A DNA stretch of 63,452 nucleotides, counting the filler, from Octopus bimaculoides (taxonomy: Eukaryota): the NCBI RefSeq assembly GCF_001194135.2. It is 8 parts of 7 records of this genome, joined end to end, with 100 filler letters (N's around TTAATTAATTAA, not from the genome) between each part and the next. Parts side by side here need not be neighbours in the genome. Positions count along the whole stretch, not along the records: positions 1 to 24,977 come from NC_068984.1; 7 more parts are not named here. The stretch is one strand, 5' to 3'. The notes beneath the pieces were generated by a model. The model saw only the letters and a list, made by a program, of their open reading frames with translations. It had not been told where the DNA came from and ran no database searches. A program made the position numbers and the translations under genes. Shown piece by piece: positions 11,550 through 23,814 of this stretch (its first letter is position 1; every line of letters starts with the position of its first letter).

Positions 11550-13133
11550 TATCATCATCATCATCATCGTCGTTTAATGTCCGCTTTCCATGCTAGCATG
11601 GGTTGGACGATTTGACTGAGGACTGGTGAAACCAGATGGCTACACCAGACTCCAATCTGATTTGGCAGAGTTTCTACAGCTGGATGCCCTTCCTAACGCC
11701 AACCACTCAGAGTGTAATGGGTGCATTTTATGGTACTGACAACGGCCACGCTCAAAATGGTGTATTTTATGTGCCACTCGCACAAGAGCTAGTCCAGGGG
11801 CACTGGCAACGATCTCTCTCGAAAGTCCTTACACATGCCATGGGCACAAATGCCAGAAAGGCGACGCTGGGCACAGGTGCCTTCACGATTTCGCTTTCCC
11901 CAATAAGTCTTCGCAAGCTGAGTTTCGTGTCCAATGAAGGAGACAACGTTGGCATGGGTGCCAGTCGTCGAATTTAACTCGATTTCGATTTCACTTGCCT
12001 CAACAGGTCTTCGCAAGTGGAGTTNNNNNNNNNNNNNNNNNNNNNNNNNNNNNNNNNNNNNNNNNNNNNNNNNNNNNNNNNNNNNNNNNNNNNNNNNNNN
12101 NNNNNNNNNNNNNNNNNNNNNNNNNNNNNNNNNNNNNNNNNNNNNNNNNNNNNNNNNNNNNNNNNNNNNNNNNNNNNNNNNNNNNNNNNNNNNNNNNNNN
12201 NNNNNNNNNNNNNNNNNNNNNNNNNNNNNNNNNNNNNNNNNNNNNNNNNNNNNNNNNNNNNNNNNNNNNNNNNNNNNNNNNNNNNNNNNNNNNNNNNNNN
12301 NNNNNNNNNNNNNNNNNNNNNNNNNNNNNNNNNNNNNNNNNNNNNNNNNNNNNNNNNNNNNNNNNNNNNNNNNNNNNNNNNNNNNNNNNNNNNNNNNNNN
12401 NNNNNNNNNNNNNNNNNNNNNNNNNNNNNNNNNNNNNNNNNNNNNNNNNNNNNNNNNNNNNNNNNNNNNNNNNNNNNNNNNNNNNNNNNNNNNNNNNNNN
12501 NNNNNNNNNNNNNNNNNNNNNNNNNNNNNNNNNNNNNNNNNNNNNNNNNNNNNNNNNNNNNNNNNNNNNNNNNNNNNNNNNNNNNNNNNNNNNNNNNNNN
12601 NNNNNNNNNNNNNNNNNNNNNNNNNNNNNNNNNNNNNNNNNNNNNNNNNNNNNNNNNNNNNNNNNNNNNNNNNNNNNNNNNNNNNNNNNNNNNNNNNNNN
12701 NNNNNNNNNNNNNNNNNNNNNNNNNNNNNNNNNNNNNNNNNNNNNNNNNNNNNNNNNNNNNNNNNNNNNNNNNNNCAATGTACGAAGGTCTTGCCTCACC
12801 ACCTCAGCCCAGGTCTTCCTGGGCCTACCTCTTCCACGGGTTCCCTCAACTGTTAGGGTGTGGCACTTTTTCACGCAGCTATCCTCCTCCATTCTCACCA
12901 CATGTCCATACCAGCGCAATCGTCTCTCTTGCACGCCACAACTGATGCTTCTAATGTTCAGCTTTTCTCTCAAGATACTTACACTCTGACGGGTATTCAC
13001 ATTGACATTACACATCCAACGGAGCATACTGGCTTCATTCCTTGCGAGCTTACGTATGTCCTCAGCAGTTACAGCCCATGTTTCACTGCCATGTAGCATG
13101 GTTGTTCGTACGCATGCGTCATACAGTCTGCCT
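11550..13133 (-). mobile_element. RTE LINE 3' end (ORF2 C-terminus plus 3' UTR with (GAT)n tail), interrupted by an N gap
   Basis: 12776-13133 encodes GRLYDACVRTTMLHGSETW...RLRWYGHVVRM...RGRPRKTW. 11550-12024 is the same family's UTR ending GGAAAGCGGACATTAAACGAC(GAT)n. Confidence 0.85.
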
Positions 13134-13284
13134 GTAAATGTATGTATATATGTATTATGCATATATCCATACATATATATCTGTATATATATGTGGGGTC
13201 GATGTATGTATATGTATTCATATGGTGGCTATCTTTCCTGATGCCCTAAAACAACAATACAAGCTGTATCAATCTAGTGTAGAT

Positions 13285-13981
13285 CAGTGGTTATCAACCA
13301 GGGTCCGTATAAGATTGTGTTGTTAAAATTTATGTGCAATAAACTGGTAATATTTTTACAATACACAAAATATTATAACAATTTTTTTCATAGAATTCAT
13401 AACTATTTAATTACAAAAATATAATAGGATTTTTTTTTTAACTCTTTAGCGTTCACATTATTCAGGTTTGAGATTTTGAATAGGTAACTGTTAAGTTTTA
13501 AGAATGATTTGGGATTGGTGTGAGAAATTAAACGTGGTCAGTATGAATATAAAACAAGTAGAATATTATGGCCTGACATGGCTGGTTTAAATGCTGAAGA
13601 GTTAACCCATTACCTCCCATAATTCTATTAACTGGAATTTTTTTTATGAAACTTTGATTTCTAGCATAAAACAGCCTTAGAAACATGCTGGAATGATCAA
13701 AATAACATTTCAAATTCCATTTTAAATAGAAATAAGCAAGATATTGGGTGAGAAATTAGCAAACCTCATTTGAATATCAGAGAAATATACCTAGTAGATA
13801 TAGCAAAAAGGTTAGATATGTGTAAATATTGACAGATAATTACGAAATTTGAAATTTTTAAGTGATCTCATATGAGATCACTGGTAGGTAATGGGTTAAA
13901 CATCGAATGGCTATGAGGGTCTAACTGGAGTTAAAAAGGAACCAAATGTGTTCATGGGTAGTAAATGGTTGAGAACCACTG
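13285..13981. mobile_element. hAT-type MITE carrying two nested TTAA-flanked MITEs
   Basis: TIR cagtggttatcaacc / ggttgagaaccactg. 8-bp TSD gtgtagat (13277-13284) / gtttagat (13982-13989). Confidence 0.85.
13442..13895. mobile_element. Two abutting piggyBac-type MITEs (13442-13601 and 13606-13895) sharing a TTAA
   Basis: TTAA|ctctttagcgtt...aatgctgaagag|TTAA|cccattacctccc...ggtaggtaatggg|TTAA. Confidence 0.8.
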
Positions 13982-15435
13982 GTTTAGATCAACATATACT
14001 TGTTTTTCAAAAGAACATTGAAAAAGGACAATGCAGGAGTGTAAACAAAAGAAGGCCAACAGCCAGACTTTTGCCTGGTTCTATAACGACTTTAACCCTT
14101 TAGCATTCAGATTACTCTGTCAAAATGTAATTCTTATTTATTCATATTGTTTTGAATTAATCATGAATTATCTTGTAGCTATGAGATTTTGATGAGGCAA
14201 CTGCTAATTTCTTAGAATGACATTGTAGGGTAGGTGTGAGAAACCAGATCTGACCAGTTTGGATATAAAACAGGCTGAGTATTTTGGCCAGATATGGCTG
14301 GTTTAAATACTAAAAGATGGATTTGAAGAAAGTACTTTCTTAGTATATTACTAAACCATATTGCAATACCATTGCAGTACCCTGACATCATGGGATAATC
14401 TAATTTGATGAATGATGTTCCAAATACCAACAATACTCCTGCTATTATCTAAACCAACACAACCAACACTACTACCAATCTGCCAAATTTTGAATTAGCA
14501 GTGGTGCCCCAGCATGGCCGCAGCTCTCGAGCTGAAAGTAGTAAAGAAAAAAAACCCAGCTGGAAACAATAGTCATTATGGTAGCAATGTCTGTTGCTAC
14601 ATATGTTGCATGTCAGCACAATGGTGTGTATATGTGTGATTAGGTATAATGTGGAGATTTTACGCCCCAAGTTTGAGGCACAAGGGGTGTATTATACATG
14701 AAGTTGATAACCCTTAAACTAGCTGTAATTCTTTCTGCCTCACTTCATCTTTATCTTATTTCTGTCATTACAGCCATTGGAATAAGACAACCATTTTTTG
14801 CTCTCACAAATCACTTTTTTCCTGGTACTATTTTTTATACTACCTATTTGTTTTGAATGATTTTGTTGATCTTTGCCACTGCTGGATTTACCTACAAGAT
14901 TCACCTGCAAGTGGAATGGAGGGTTATTGTGCAAAAAGGAACCATAAAAGGATTACATTGGATATTTAACTTGATATTTAAAAAAAAGTTTGATGTGAGT
15001 AAAACACCAGTAACATGGCTAAAGCCTTCACACATATAACATCTACAGTAAGGATAGTGTGTGACAATAGAGAGTAAGGTTGCTCAAAAAGTTACTCCAT
15101 TAACTACTTCAACTATTTTTTCATAGATATCCCATAATGCTTAAGATGGAACTGCTTATGTGTATGGATCAATGGTCATTCTTGATGTAATGTACCAATA
15201 ATTTATGTTGTGTTTAATATACTTGTATTTGTCTATTCTGTTCATGCACATGTCATTGGTCATTCTGATTTATTTCTCTTAGCTAATGAGCTAGCGATTT
15301 CAGATAGATTGCTTTTATAACATTTGTTATTCATTTCACCTCTCAGAACTGTGAGTTCAAGTACTACTGAAATCAACTTTGCTTCCATCCTTTTGGGTAT
15401 ATGAATAAAGAACTAGTGTCAACTTTTTCCTCCTG

Positions 15436-15493
<58 letters not shown>

Positions 15494-16373
15494 TACAGAA
15501 AGAAAATTAGTTGATGAGGTTTCTATCACCATTATGTATTTTTTATCGTATACAGAGCCATGCAGTTGCGGTTTTAAGAATCTAGAAAGGAAACTTGCCG
15601 CTAAGCCTGCTAGAAATAGCGGCCAAATTCCAGCAAAATAGGAAAATACGAATTGACACATTAAATAATGTAGTTCTATATAACTCGCACAGATGAGAGG
15701 GTCAAGACCGGAAAACCTTTAAGGCAAAGTGTTAGTCTTAGAGAGTTAGACAACGATATCCAGTAGCTGTGAAATCTCTCTCCTTCACTCGGTGATATTT
15801 TCCTATTTCGAGCGAGACATTCAAGGGAGACAACTTCCATCTTACTTATTGGTAACAATCCTTTCCATTATGAGGCCTGAAATTGTGATGGATGGGACTA
15901 GTCAATTATATTGACCCCAGTGTTCAACTGCTATTTATTTTATCGACTGCAAAAGGATGAAAGGCAAAGTCGACCTCGGCAGAATTTTAAACCAGAACAT
16001 GAAGACAGCGCCGGCATGCTAACGATTCAAATAATATAAAGTTGGTAGTTGTTCCCCTTGAAGGATAAAGTTGTCTTCCTTAGATGCCATATGGATGCAA
16101 TTTTAATTTGTTAATTTTTTGGCCGACTATACTCTTTACTCTCTCATTTTACTCTTTTACTTGTTTCAGTCATTTTGACTGTGGCCATGTTGGAGCAACG
16201 CCTTTAGTCGACCCAATCGACCCCAGGACTTATTCTTTGTTAGCCTAGTACTTATTCTATCGGTGTCTTTTTCCGAACCGCTAAATTATGGGGACGTAAA
16301 CACACTAGCGTCGATTGTCAAGCGATGTTGGGGGTGGGGACAAACACAGACACACAAATACACATACATGCAT

Positions 16374-16490
<117 letters not shown>

Positions 16491-17210
16491 TATATACGAC
16501 GGGCTTCTTTCAGTTTGTCTACCAAATCCACTCACAAGGCTTTGGTCGGCCTGAGGCTATAGTAGAAGACACTTGCCCAAGGTGCCACGCAGTATGACTG
16601 AACCCGGAACCATATGGTTGGTAAGCAAGCTACTTACCGCACAGCCACTCCTACGCCTATCGATTAGTTTTTATTTATTCATTAATAAAACCCTTTATAT
16701 TTTTAGTCTTCCTTGACCTGACAACACTTCATTCCAAATTTTTAGTCAGAATATCTATCCGTCCGTCTGTCATTTGAGTGAGTGTGTATGGATATGAATT
16801 TATAAGTGTGTGTATGCGTGCAAGTCTGTGTTCAGGATCGTGTTGAGACTATACTGGCATTGTGTCAAAAAGCATAACAGTTACGCAATAAATATCAATA
16901 AATTAATTTCTGAACTTTCTGCATGGCCGCATCTCTGAGCTGAAACTGTTGTAAAAAAAAAAGTTTTGGGAACAATATGATTGAATAAAATCCTTGAAGG
17001 AAATGCCCGAACAGAGCCGTAGTTGACTGACTGATAAACACAGCCTAAAAGTGTTCTATTCATTTGCCAAAAACCCCTTATGTCACACCTCCACCCATAC
17101 GCCCACCTCTTCAGGATACGTGATTACGAAACTCAACAGGAGTAATTGCTTAAGCATTATAAAAGTATCCAAAAACGTACAATCTTAGTAAATCCTTTCA
17201 CTTCACTCAC

Positions 17211-17330
17211 ACCACGAAGCACAATTTGTATCGTAATTCATATCCAATGTTATAAAAACGATGGCCAGACTCCTCGCAGTAAGAATACAGTGAACGACTA
17301 ATATGAACATATACTACAGTGTAACTACAA
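17211..17330 (-). other. Candidate 120-nt exon (phase 2-2)
   Basis: Long pyrimidine tract ...cttcttgtag| and donor GGT|gtgagt; a single open frame in phase with the 17616 donor. Confidence 0.3.
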
Positions 17331-17615
17331 CTACAAGAAGAACAGACATCAGTGATGCAGTACAGAAAAGAAAAAAGAAGACATTCGAGATCTAACGAAA
17401 GTAATCTAACGAAAGTCTACTGGCTAAAACCAATCTGTTCCTCGTTGCTGATATCACAGCACAGAGATTACCAACAGGGCTGCATTTAAACACTACAAGC
17501 ATAATACAAGGCCATTGAGCCATCACAAAATAGCCACCTTAGCTACTTTAGCCCTGAATTCAAAAGTAAAATTCCAAGTTGAAGGGCTGTTAACACCGAT
17601 TGTCTTCTGTGTTAC

Positions 17616-17890
17616 CAAGTGAAAAAGATAACTGTCTTATTGCTATCTGCTTTCTTCGTCGCCGACGAAGCAGAGACGGCGCTATCTAAGGAGATTTGTT
17701 CTGTTAAATGCATAATGTGTCACAATAGTGGCGTTCAAAATCAGGTTTTTGTCTCATATTCCGAGCAACCTTATGCCATAAGCTCTCGCCAAATCGAAGC
17801 GGCTGAGGAGATTTAGAAAGCCGAATTAGTCGGTAACGTTATCGTGATTTCGAACCGAACCATTTATTAAATTCACAGAACTTGATTGGT
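17616..17890 (-). promoter_or_regulatory. CpG-enriched candidate promoter/first exon
   Basis: Locally high CpG. CCAAT (aaccaatc) on the minus strand near 17884-17891. ATG at 17713 with A at -3; donor TTG|gtaaca at 17616. Confidence 0.3.
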
Positions 17891-18289
17891 TTCATTCCAT
17901 TGCTCATACAGGAATATTGATGAGAATATACAAATTGAACAGATAATCTATATCGCTTAACATTTAATCAACGCCATTCTATTACATAATTATCATGTCT
18001 GACAATTAGACCCGTGGAAATCAGGAGCCTAACATTACTATGGTCTTAGGTTCAATGTTCTACATAGAAAGCTAACAATGCGTTGTTTCTTTCAGTCGTC
18101 TTGTCTTCAAATGTTATTCCTTATTTATTATCGTGACTTTGGTCCACTAGAGTTCATGACTTCTCTTCCTACTACAAAGGATCAGCCATATCTGATTTTT
18201 AGGCAGAATAATTAGACAAAATAACAGGCAAAAAATTTACTTTAGCATTAATTTTAAAGGCAGTCGGTCTTATCTTTATATCCACTGCT

Positions 18290-19996
18290 ACAAATACACC
18301 ACTACCACTTTGCTTGGCAAGCATATCGGGAGCCCTCCTACCTCTCGTTTGGTGACCACCTCATCCCATCTGCCTCTGGAGTCCAACAGGGTGATCCACT
18401 TCGTCCAGCCCTATTCGCGTTGGGTATTCATGATGTCACCAAGATGGAAGCCGACCTACCCCTAAATGTCTGGTACCTCGATGACGCTTGTTTGGGAGGC
18501 CTTCCTGACAAGGTGCTTTCAACTCCGAGGACGATGATCGCGGAACTTGGTCGTAGAGGTCTTAGCGTTAACAGCTCCAAATGCGAGCCCTGGCTCTTCA
18601 ACTACCCAGCTTCGCACGAGCAAACTACTAAACTATTTGTTGACTTCCCATCCCCCAATCACGATTCCTCCTTCATCTACGTGGTGCTCCCTTGGAGCCC
18701 CAATTACTGACCTAGCTTTCAAGTCCATCTTTAGATCTAAATTGGCTAATCGCGAACAACTTTTAAAAAACTTTGAAGTAATTGAGCGCCACCAAACCTT
18801 TTTTATACTTAGGAATTACTTGTCAATTCCTAAGCTATTGTATTTTTTGAGAGTTAGTCCCTCTTACAGATTCCTGTCGTCCCTCCAATACTTTGACGAC
18901 CTAATCTTCAGGTAACTCGAATGCTTGGTCAATGTCAAACTCTTCCCCAGACTCCCACGACCAAACTGCTTGATCCAAACGGTTTACGGGTCTAGGTCTG
19001 CGCAAGTGCTCGTATTTATCTCTTCCCTGTTTTCTTTTCTCCATCCAGGCTTGCTCCCCTTTGGTAGGCAACATCCTCTACTCTCCAACATGGACTAATT
19101 CCGTGTTGGATATGGATGAAGCTCTATAACAGTGGAGAGAGCTGGGTTTGTCAGTTCCGATTACAGTGGAGGATAGAAGGAAACAGAGAGTATGGGACAA
19201 TCTGCCTTCAGGTGCCACTTTTAACTCTCTCCTTGATCAATCTGATCAATTTTCAAGGTGTCGCCTACTTCCAGCTAGTGCAAAATTCTCAGGGAACTGG
19301 ATTGATGCCCTGCGTGTGGCCAACATTGGAGGATTACTCAGTCTAGATGAACTCCACATCTCCATCGCACTCAGAGTGGGAGCTGACGTCTTTAGGGGAC
19401 TGAGATGCCGCTGTGGTAGGCCTTTCGACCCCACAGGTCTTCACGGTCTGTTTTACCGCCTAAATGCTGGTCGCTTCGCTCGTCACACCGAGCTAAACCT
19501 AATCATTAAGCGGGCGCTGGCTCGGATTAATATCCCCTCAGTTCTGGAGCCGTCGGGGTTATCCAAAAGTGATGGAAAGAGTCCAGATTGTCTTACCCTA
19601 TGTCCCTGGGTTAGAGGTAGGTGCCTCATTTGGGATGCCACAGTCTGCGACCCTTTTTGCTCCCTTCCACATTCTGAATGTTGCAGTTGATGGGAGAGTC
19701 ACTGCTTCCGTAGCCGAACGGAAAAAACCCCTGAAGTATCGGGACCTGACAGTGAACTATCCCTTCTAACCTGTGGCTTTTGAGATGCTCGGAGGGACTG
19801 GGCCACTAACTGCGAAGTTCTTGTCAGCATTGGCAGCTCACCTCACCGAGGTGTCAAGTGATGCCCATGAGGGCGCTTGGCTTTCCCAACGACTTAGCCT
19901 CGCCATCGACCGTAGTAATGCTGCGAGCATGCTGGCTTGCTTCAGTAGGTTCCGTTAAACCTCGTGGTGTGCAACCAGTTGCTATGATAAAAAAAA
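18290..19996 (+). mobile_element. 5'-truncated, frameshifted CRE-like non-LTR retrotransposon (RT plus restriction-like endonuclease)
   Basis: FAWQAYREPSYLSFGDHLIPSASGVQQGDPLRPALFALGI...NVWYLDDACLGG (RT). CRCGRPFDPTGLH...RFARHTELNLIIKRAL...EPSGLSKSDGKSPDCLTLCPWVRGRCLIWDATV (Zn knuckle and RLE). Split over four ORF pieces; A8 tail at 19989-19996. Confidence 0.85.
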
Positions 19997-20536
19997 TTCT
20001 CTAGAAATGGTTTCAAATGGTTTTACAGAAAGATTTGGAAGAATTAGATGAAAGTTCACCGGTAATTTTCTTTCATATAAATAAATGTTTATATGTCCGT
20101 AATGACAATTTCTTTCGATCAACTCTTTTAGTTTACCGCCAAAAGTATCTGCATAATGCAGGCCTTCCGTGAGCTTCCTATTATTAAACCAAGATGTTTA
20201 AAAAAAAAAAAAATTAGCACGGTAAAGACAATGGACACCAACTGTCCTGAGAAAATAATTTCCAAGCTTCACATAAAATGTATTTCATAAAGAAGTGTAC
20301 TCCGGCTATAGGACAGATGAACTCGTCGTCTATGTAATATATAAACACATTATAAAATACATTAAGCATTGTACAATATACGTTATACATAATTTACACT
20401 ACAAAAAGCAATCAAAATAAACTAAAAAAAACTACTGAACAACAATCCATAAAACTGCATGCTGCTGAACAAACATCAGATAATCAATGTTATCTATAAG
20501 TTTATATATGAATATGAATGTTGTAAAATAGCTACA

Positions 20537-20576
20537 TTAGTCAAATAGGTACAGCACTCTTGCCAGTTCAGTCAGC
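20537..20576 (-). CDS. Candidate terminal coding exon of the same gene
   Basis: Acceptor T12-caaatgtag|; LTELARVLYLFD*; followed by U/GU-rich UTR-like sequence. Confidence 0.4.
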
Positions 20577-21090
20577 CTACATTTGAAAAAAAAAAAAGTG
20601 TGATTGCAATGCATTTCATCAAACAGCAATTAGAGGGAGGGAGTCTCTATATGATCGTTCGATATGCTAGAAACTGCACCCTTCCTTAAATCACACCTTA
20701 CTGTACTCAGAAATTTATAGATTGGATATGGTAGGTTTGATTGTACAATATTTGGGAAAATTCTGATACTCACGGCTTAAGTAACTTTGATCATAAGTCT
20801 ACTGTTAGAACTGATTAAGATTAAAGAACAACATTATAAACACAAGGCTTGACATTTTGGGGGAGGAGGATGGTCGATTAAATCCATTCCAGTGCTTAAC
20901 AGGTACTTATTTTATAGACCCTGAAAGAAAGGCAAAATCGCCCTCGGTGGCATTCGAACTCAGAACGTAAAATTGGAAGAATTGCCGCTAAGCATTTTGA
21001 CTGACATGTTAATGATTCTGCCAGCTCCTGCCCGGGAAACAATATATATAAGAAGAACACAACGCAAAAACTGACACAGAGTTAACACAC

Positions 21091-21143
21091 CTTAGTAACA
21101 GATCTCTAACACGCCTCAGTAACAAGGCTTCTCCCAACCTGAT
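21091..21143 (-). CDS. Candidate penultimate exon of an unidentified minus-strand gene
   Basis: Acceptor gtcttatcatttcatag| and donor TAAG|gtgtgt; phase 0-2 frame IRLGEALLLRRVRDLLL(R) joins the 20576 exon in frame. Confidence 0.4.
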
Positions 21144-22365
21144 CTATGAAATGATAAGACATCAATCAATAAACTGGTTCGTAGCTGAAACACAAGTACA
21201 TTATTATAACAATTTGAAAATAGGCTCTCTTTACCAAGTTTGGGAATGAAATTGGAAAAGGCAAATACTGAAGAGTCACAAGTCGTTTTATTGAATCACA
21301 CATTTGGATGATGTACCAGAAATCGATGTTTTATTAACTACGTATTCCTTTACTTCTTTTTATTGGCTTTAGTAACGGGACTACAACCGTCTTTGGGCAT
21401 CGTCTTCAAGGGTTAATCCTCAGTTATGTGGATCCTATTACTTATTTCCCACCGAAGCAATCATTAAACATAAAGTGATACAGCATAAAAAAACAACGCT
21501 AGTTTTAGATTAGTGTGAACATAAGCACGGGCACAGCCATACACGTGCTCATACATATACCAAATATTAGTTTCAAATTTTGGCACAAGGCCAGCAATTT
21601 TGAGGGAGGGAATAAGTCGATTTCACCGACCCAGTGCTCAACTGGTTCTCATTTTATCGACCCCGGACGGAAGAAAGGTAAAGTCAACCTCGGCGGAATT
21701 TGAACTCAGAACGTAAGGACAAACGAAATGCCGCTAAGCATTTTGCTCAGCAGGCTAACGATTTTGCCAACGTGCTGCCTTAATATATACCATATATTAA
21801 TTTAAAACAACTGACTTGTTCTCTCGACTTCCTTCTACTTGTACTGCGCATATGCAGGAGTTGAAATGACTCCAGACACAATCCTTTATTCGAAATTCCA
21901 AAATTCGAAAATTTCTTGAATGCCGACATGATATGTCCCAAATGTCGGCAGTCGTCACAGTAAGACCTTCACTCATTACTCATTGTATGGTGTGAAAATA
22001 TTGTCGAAAAGGTCAGGATATAGTAAAAAATAAGAGTTTATCTGTTACATAGGAAGTTAAGTTTGTTCACAAACTTGGCAATACTGTGAGTGTGAGGCAT
22101 TTGAATAAGGAGTTTGATGCTGGAACAACGACTATTTACGATCTGAAGAAACAGGACAAACTGTTAAAGTTCTATACTGAAAGTGTTGAAGAAAAGTTAA
22201 TGATAAATTAAAACAAAACCATTACTTAGAATGAAAATGAAAATCTCGATTGTGTACTGATGGAGTGGAGTCGTCAGCGTCAGAGTGAACGCATGTCGCT
22301 GATTATGAAGCAAGCAAAAATTGTCATGACGAACTGAATATTTACTTGTATATTACTTGTACATA

Positions 22366-22720
22366 GTGGAAGCGCAATAGCCCAGTGGTTAGGGCAGCGG
22401 ACTCGTGGTCATAGGATCGCAGTTTCGATTCCCAGACCGGGCGTTGTGAATGTTTATTGAGCGAAAACACCTAAAGCTCCACGAGGCTCCGGCAGGGGAT
22501 GGTGGAGAACCCTGCTGTACTCTTTCACCACCACTTTCTCTCGCTCTTACTTCCTGTTTCTGTTGTGCCTGTAATTCAAAGGGCCAGCCTTGTCACGCTG
22601 AATATCCCCGAGAACTACGTTAAGGGTACACGTGTCTGGGGAGTACTCAGCCACTCGCACGTTAATTTCACGAGCAGATCAACTGGAACCCTCGACGTCG
22701 TAAGCGACGGAGTGCCAACA
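22366..22720 (+). mobile_element. SINE family A inside the Tigger relic
   Basis: TSD acttgtacata (22355-22365 / 22721-22731). Confidence 0.9.
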
Positions 22721-22731
22721 ACTTGTACATA

Positions 22732-22934
22732 CAAGGTGCATTCAAAAATTCTCCGACGTTATTTTTTTCCGCCAAAACTAATGCCACGTGCGCAACTGAC
22801 ATAGCCTACCGGCGCGAAAATTTTCACGCATGTGCAGGAAGGGTGGCGTCACCTCCCACCCAAAGGATTTTTGCTTACGCGGTGTTAGTTTTGGCGGAAA
22901 AAAATAAAGTCAAATACTTTTTGAAAGCAACTCG
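22732..22934. mobile_element. mariner-type MITE with about 50-bp imperfect TIRs and TA TSD
   Basis: Left caaggtgcattcaaaaa...ttatttttttccgccaaaactaa; right ttagttttggcggaaaaaaataa...tttttgaaagcaactcg; TA on both sides. Confidence 0.85.
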
Positions 22935-23763
22935 TATTTACTTGTACATTACTTGTACATATTTACCTATCAAAAATTTATTTAAAACTACCTTTAAATT
23001 ATAATTTATATTATGAAATGTAAATGGATATTGTGTTTAAAATTGGGTCCCATCCCTAAGTTGTCCCATTTTATAGCTGCAAATATAAAAATACTCACAC
23101 TTCCGACAAAAACCAAAAGACAAACCAAAACAACAACAACAACAAAAAAGGAAAAACGAAACCTGCAACAATTCATTCTCAGGAATTTCGGATAAGAGAT
23201 TCTCTCAACTGTACTACGAAATATGCTATTGTATGATCCTTTTCCATATCCTTGTACAACTTATATAAGGTGTCTTATGCTGCTTTACACCCCTCCTTTT
23301 CCCTTCTCTTCTCTTATCTTTCTTTTTTGTTTTTTCCTGTTTCTTTGTACTTGTACAAGCATGTTATAAATGTTAAGTAATAGCGTTAATTAAAAAAACA
23401 TGTAATGACTTAACTAGAGAAAGAAGAACGGTCTCCGTCCGATGAGCTTCCACACGTTTCGGACCATCAAATTTCACTCACAATGATCTGGTCGATCCGA
23501 AAGTATGACAGATGACACCTACTCAAAGAACTGTGCATTTGCGAGCTTCTTTTGTATTTCACTTTGATGGGACATCATACTTGTTCTACAATGTTCACCT
23601 CACCAAACATAAAAAAAAACAAAAATAACAACTTTATCACTTTATTCACAAACACACTCTATTTCTTAGCCGTCCATTGCATAAAATTCAATGATTCGTT
23701 GACATAGTAGAGTATTACAGTTAGTTTTTCTCATAATCGGGTATTATGTAAAACTGGTTTGAT

Positions 23764-23814
<51 letters not shown>

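Larger units (their letters stand above)
21855..23211 (+). mobile_element. Internally deleted pogo/Tigger DNA transposon with nested SINE and MITE
   Basis: Decayed CENP-B-type HTH (VSVRHLNKEFDAGTTTIYDLKKQDKLLKFYTES...ENLDCVLMEWSRQRQSE...IMKQAK). Right end ...ttgggtcccatccctaag...atttcggataagagattctctcaactg|TA. Confidence 0.8.

Noticed and set aside
11789-13174. ORFs of 200-590 aa in the track (also 25879, 27481, 32044, 37887, 40805, 47197)
   Set aside because: Length is due to N runs read as X; only the RTE part near 12776-13133 is real coding-derived sequence.
14830-14905. Minus-strand VNLVGKSSSGKD resembling a Walker A motif after an acceptor
   Set aside because: Downstream residues do not fit any kinase fold, no phase-compatible partner exon was found, and such a motif is expected by chance in 63 kb.
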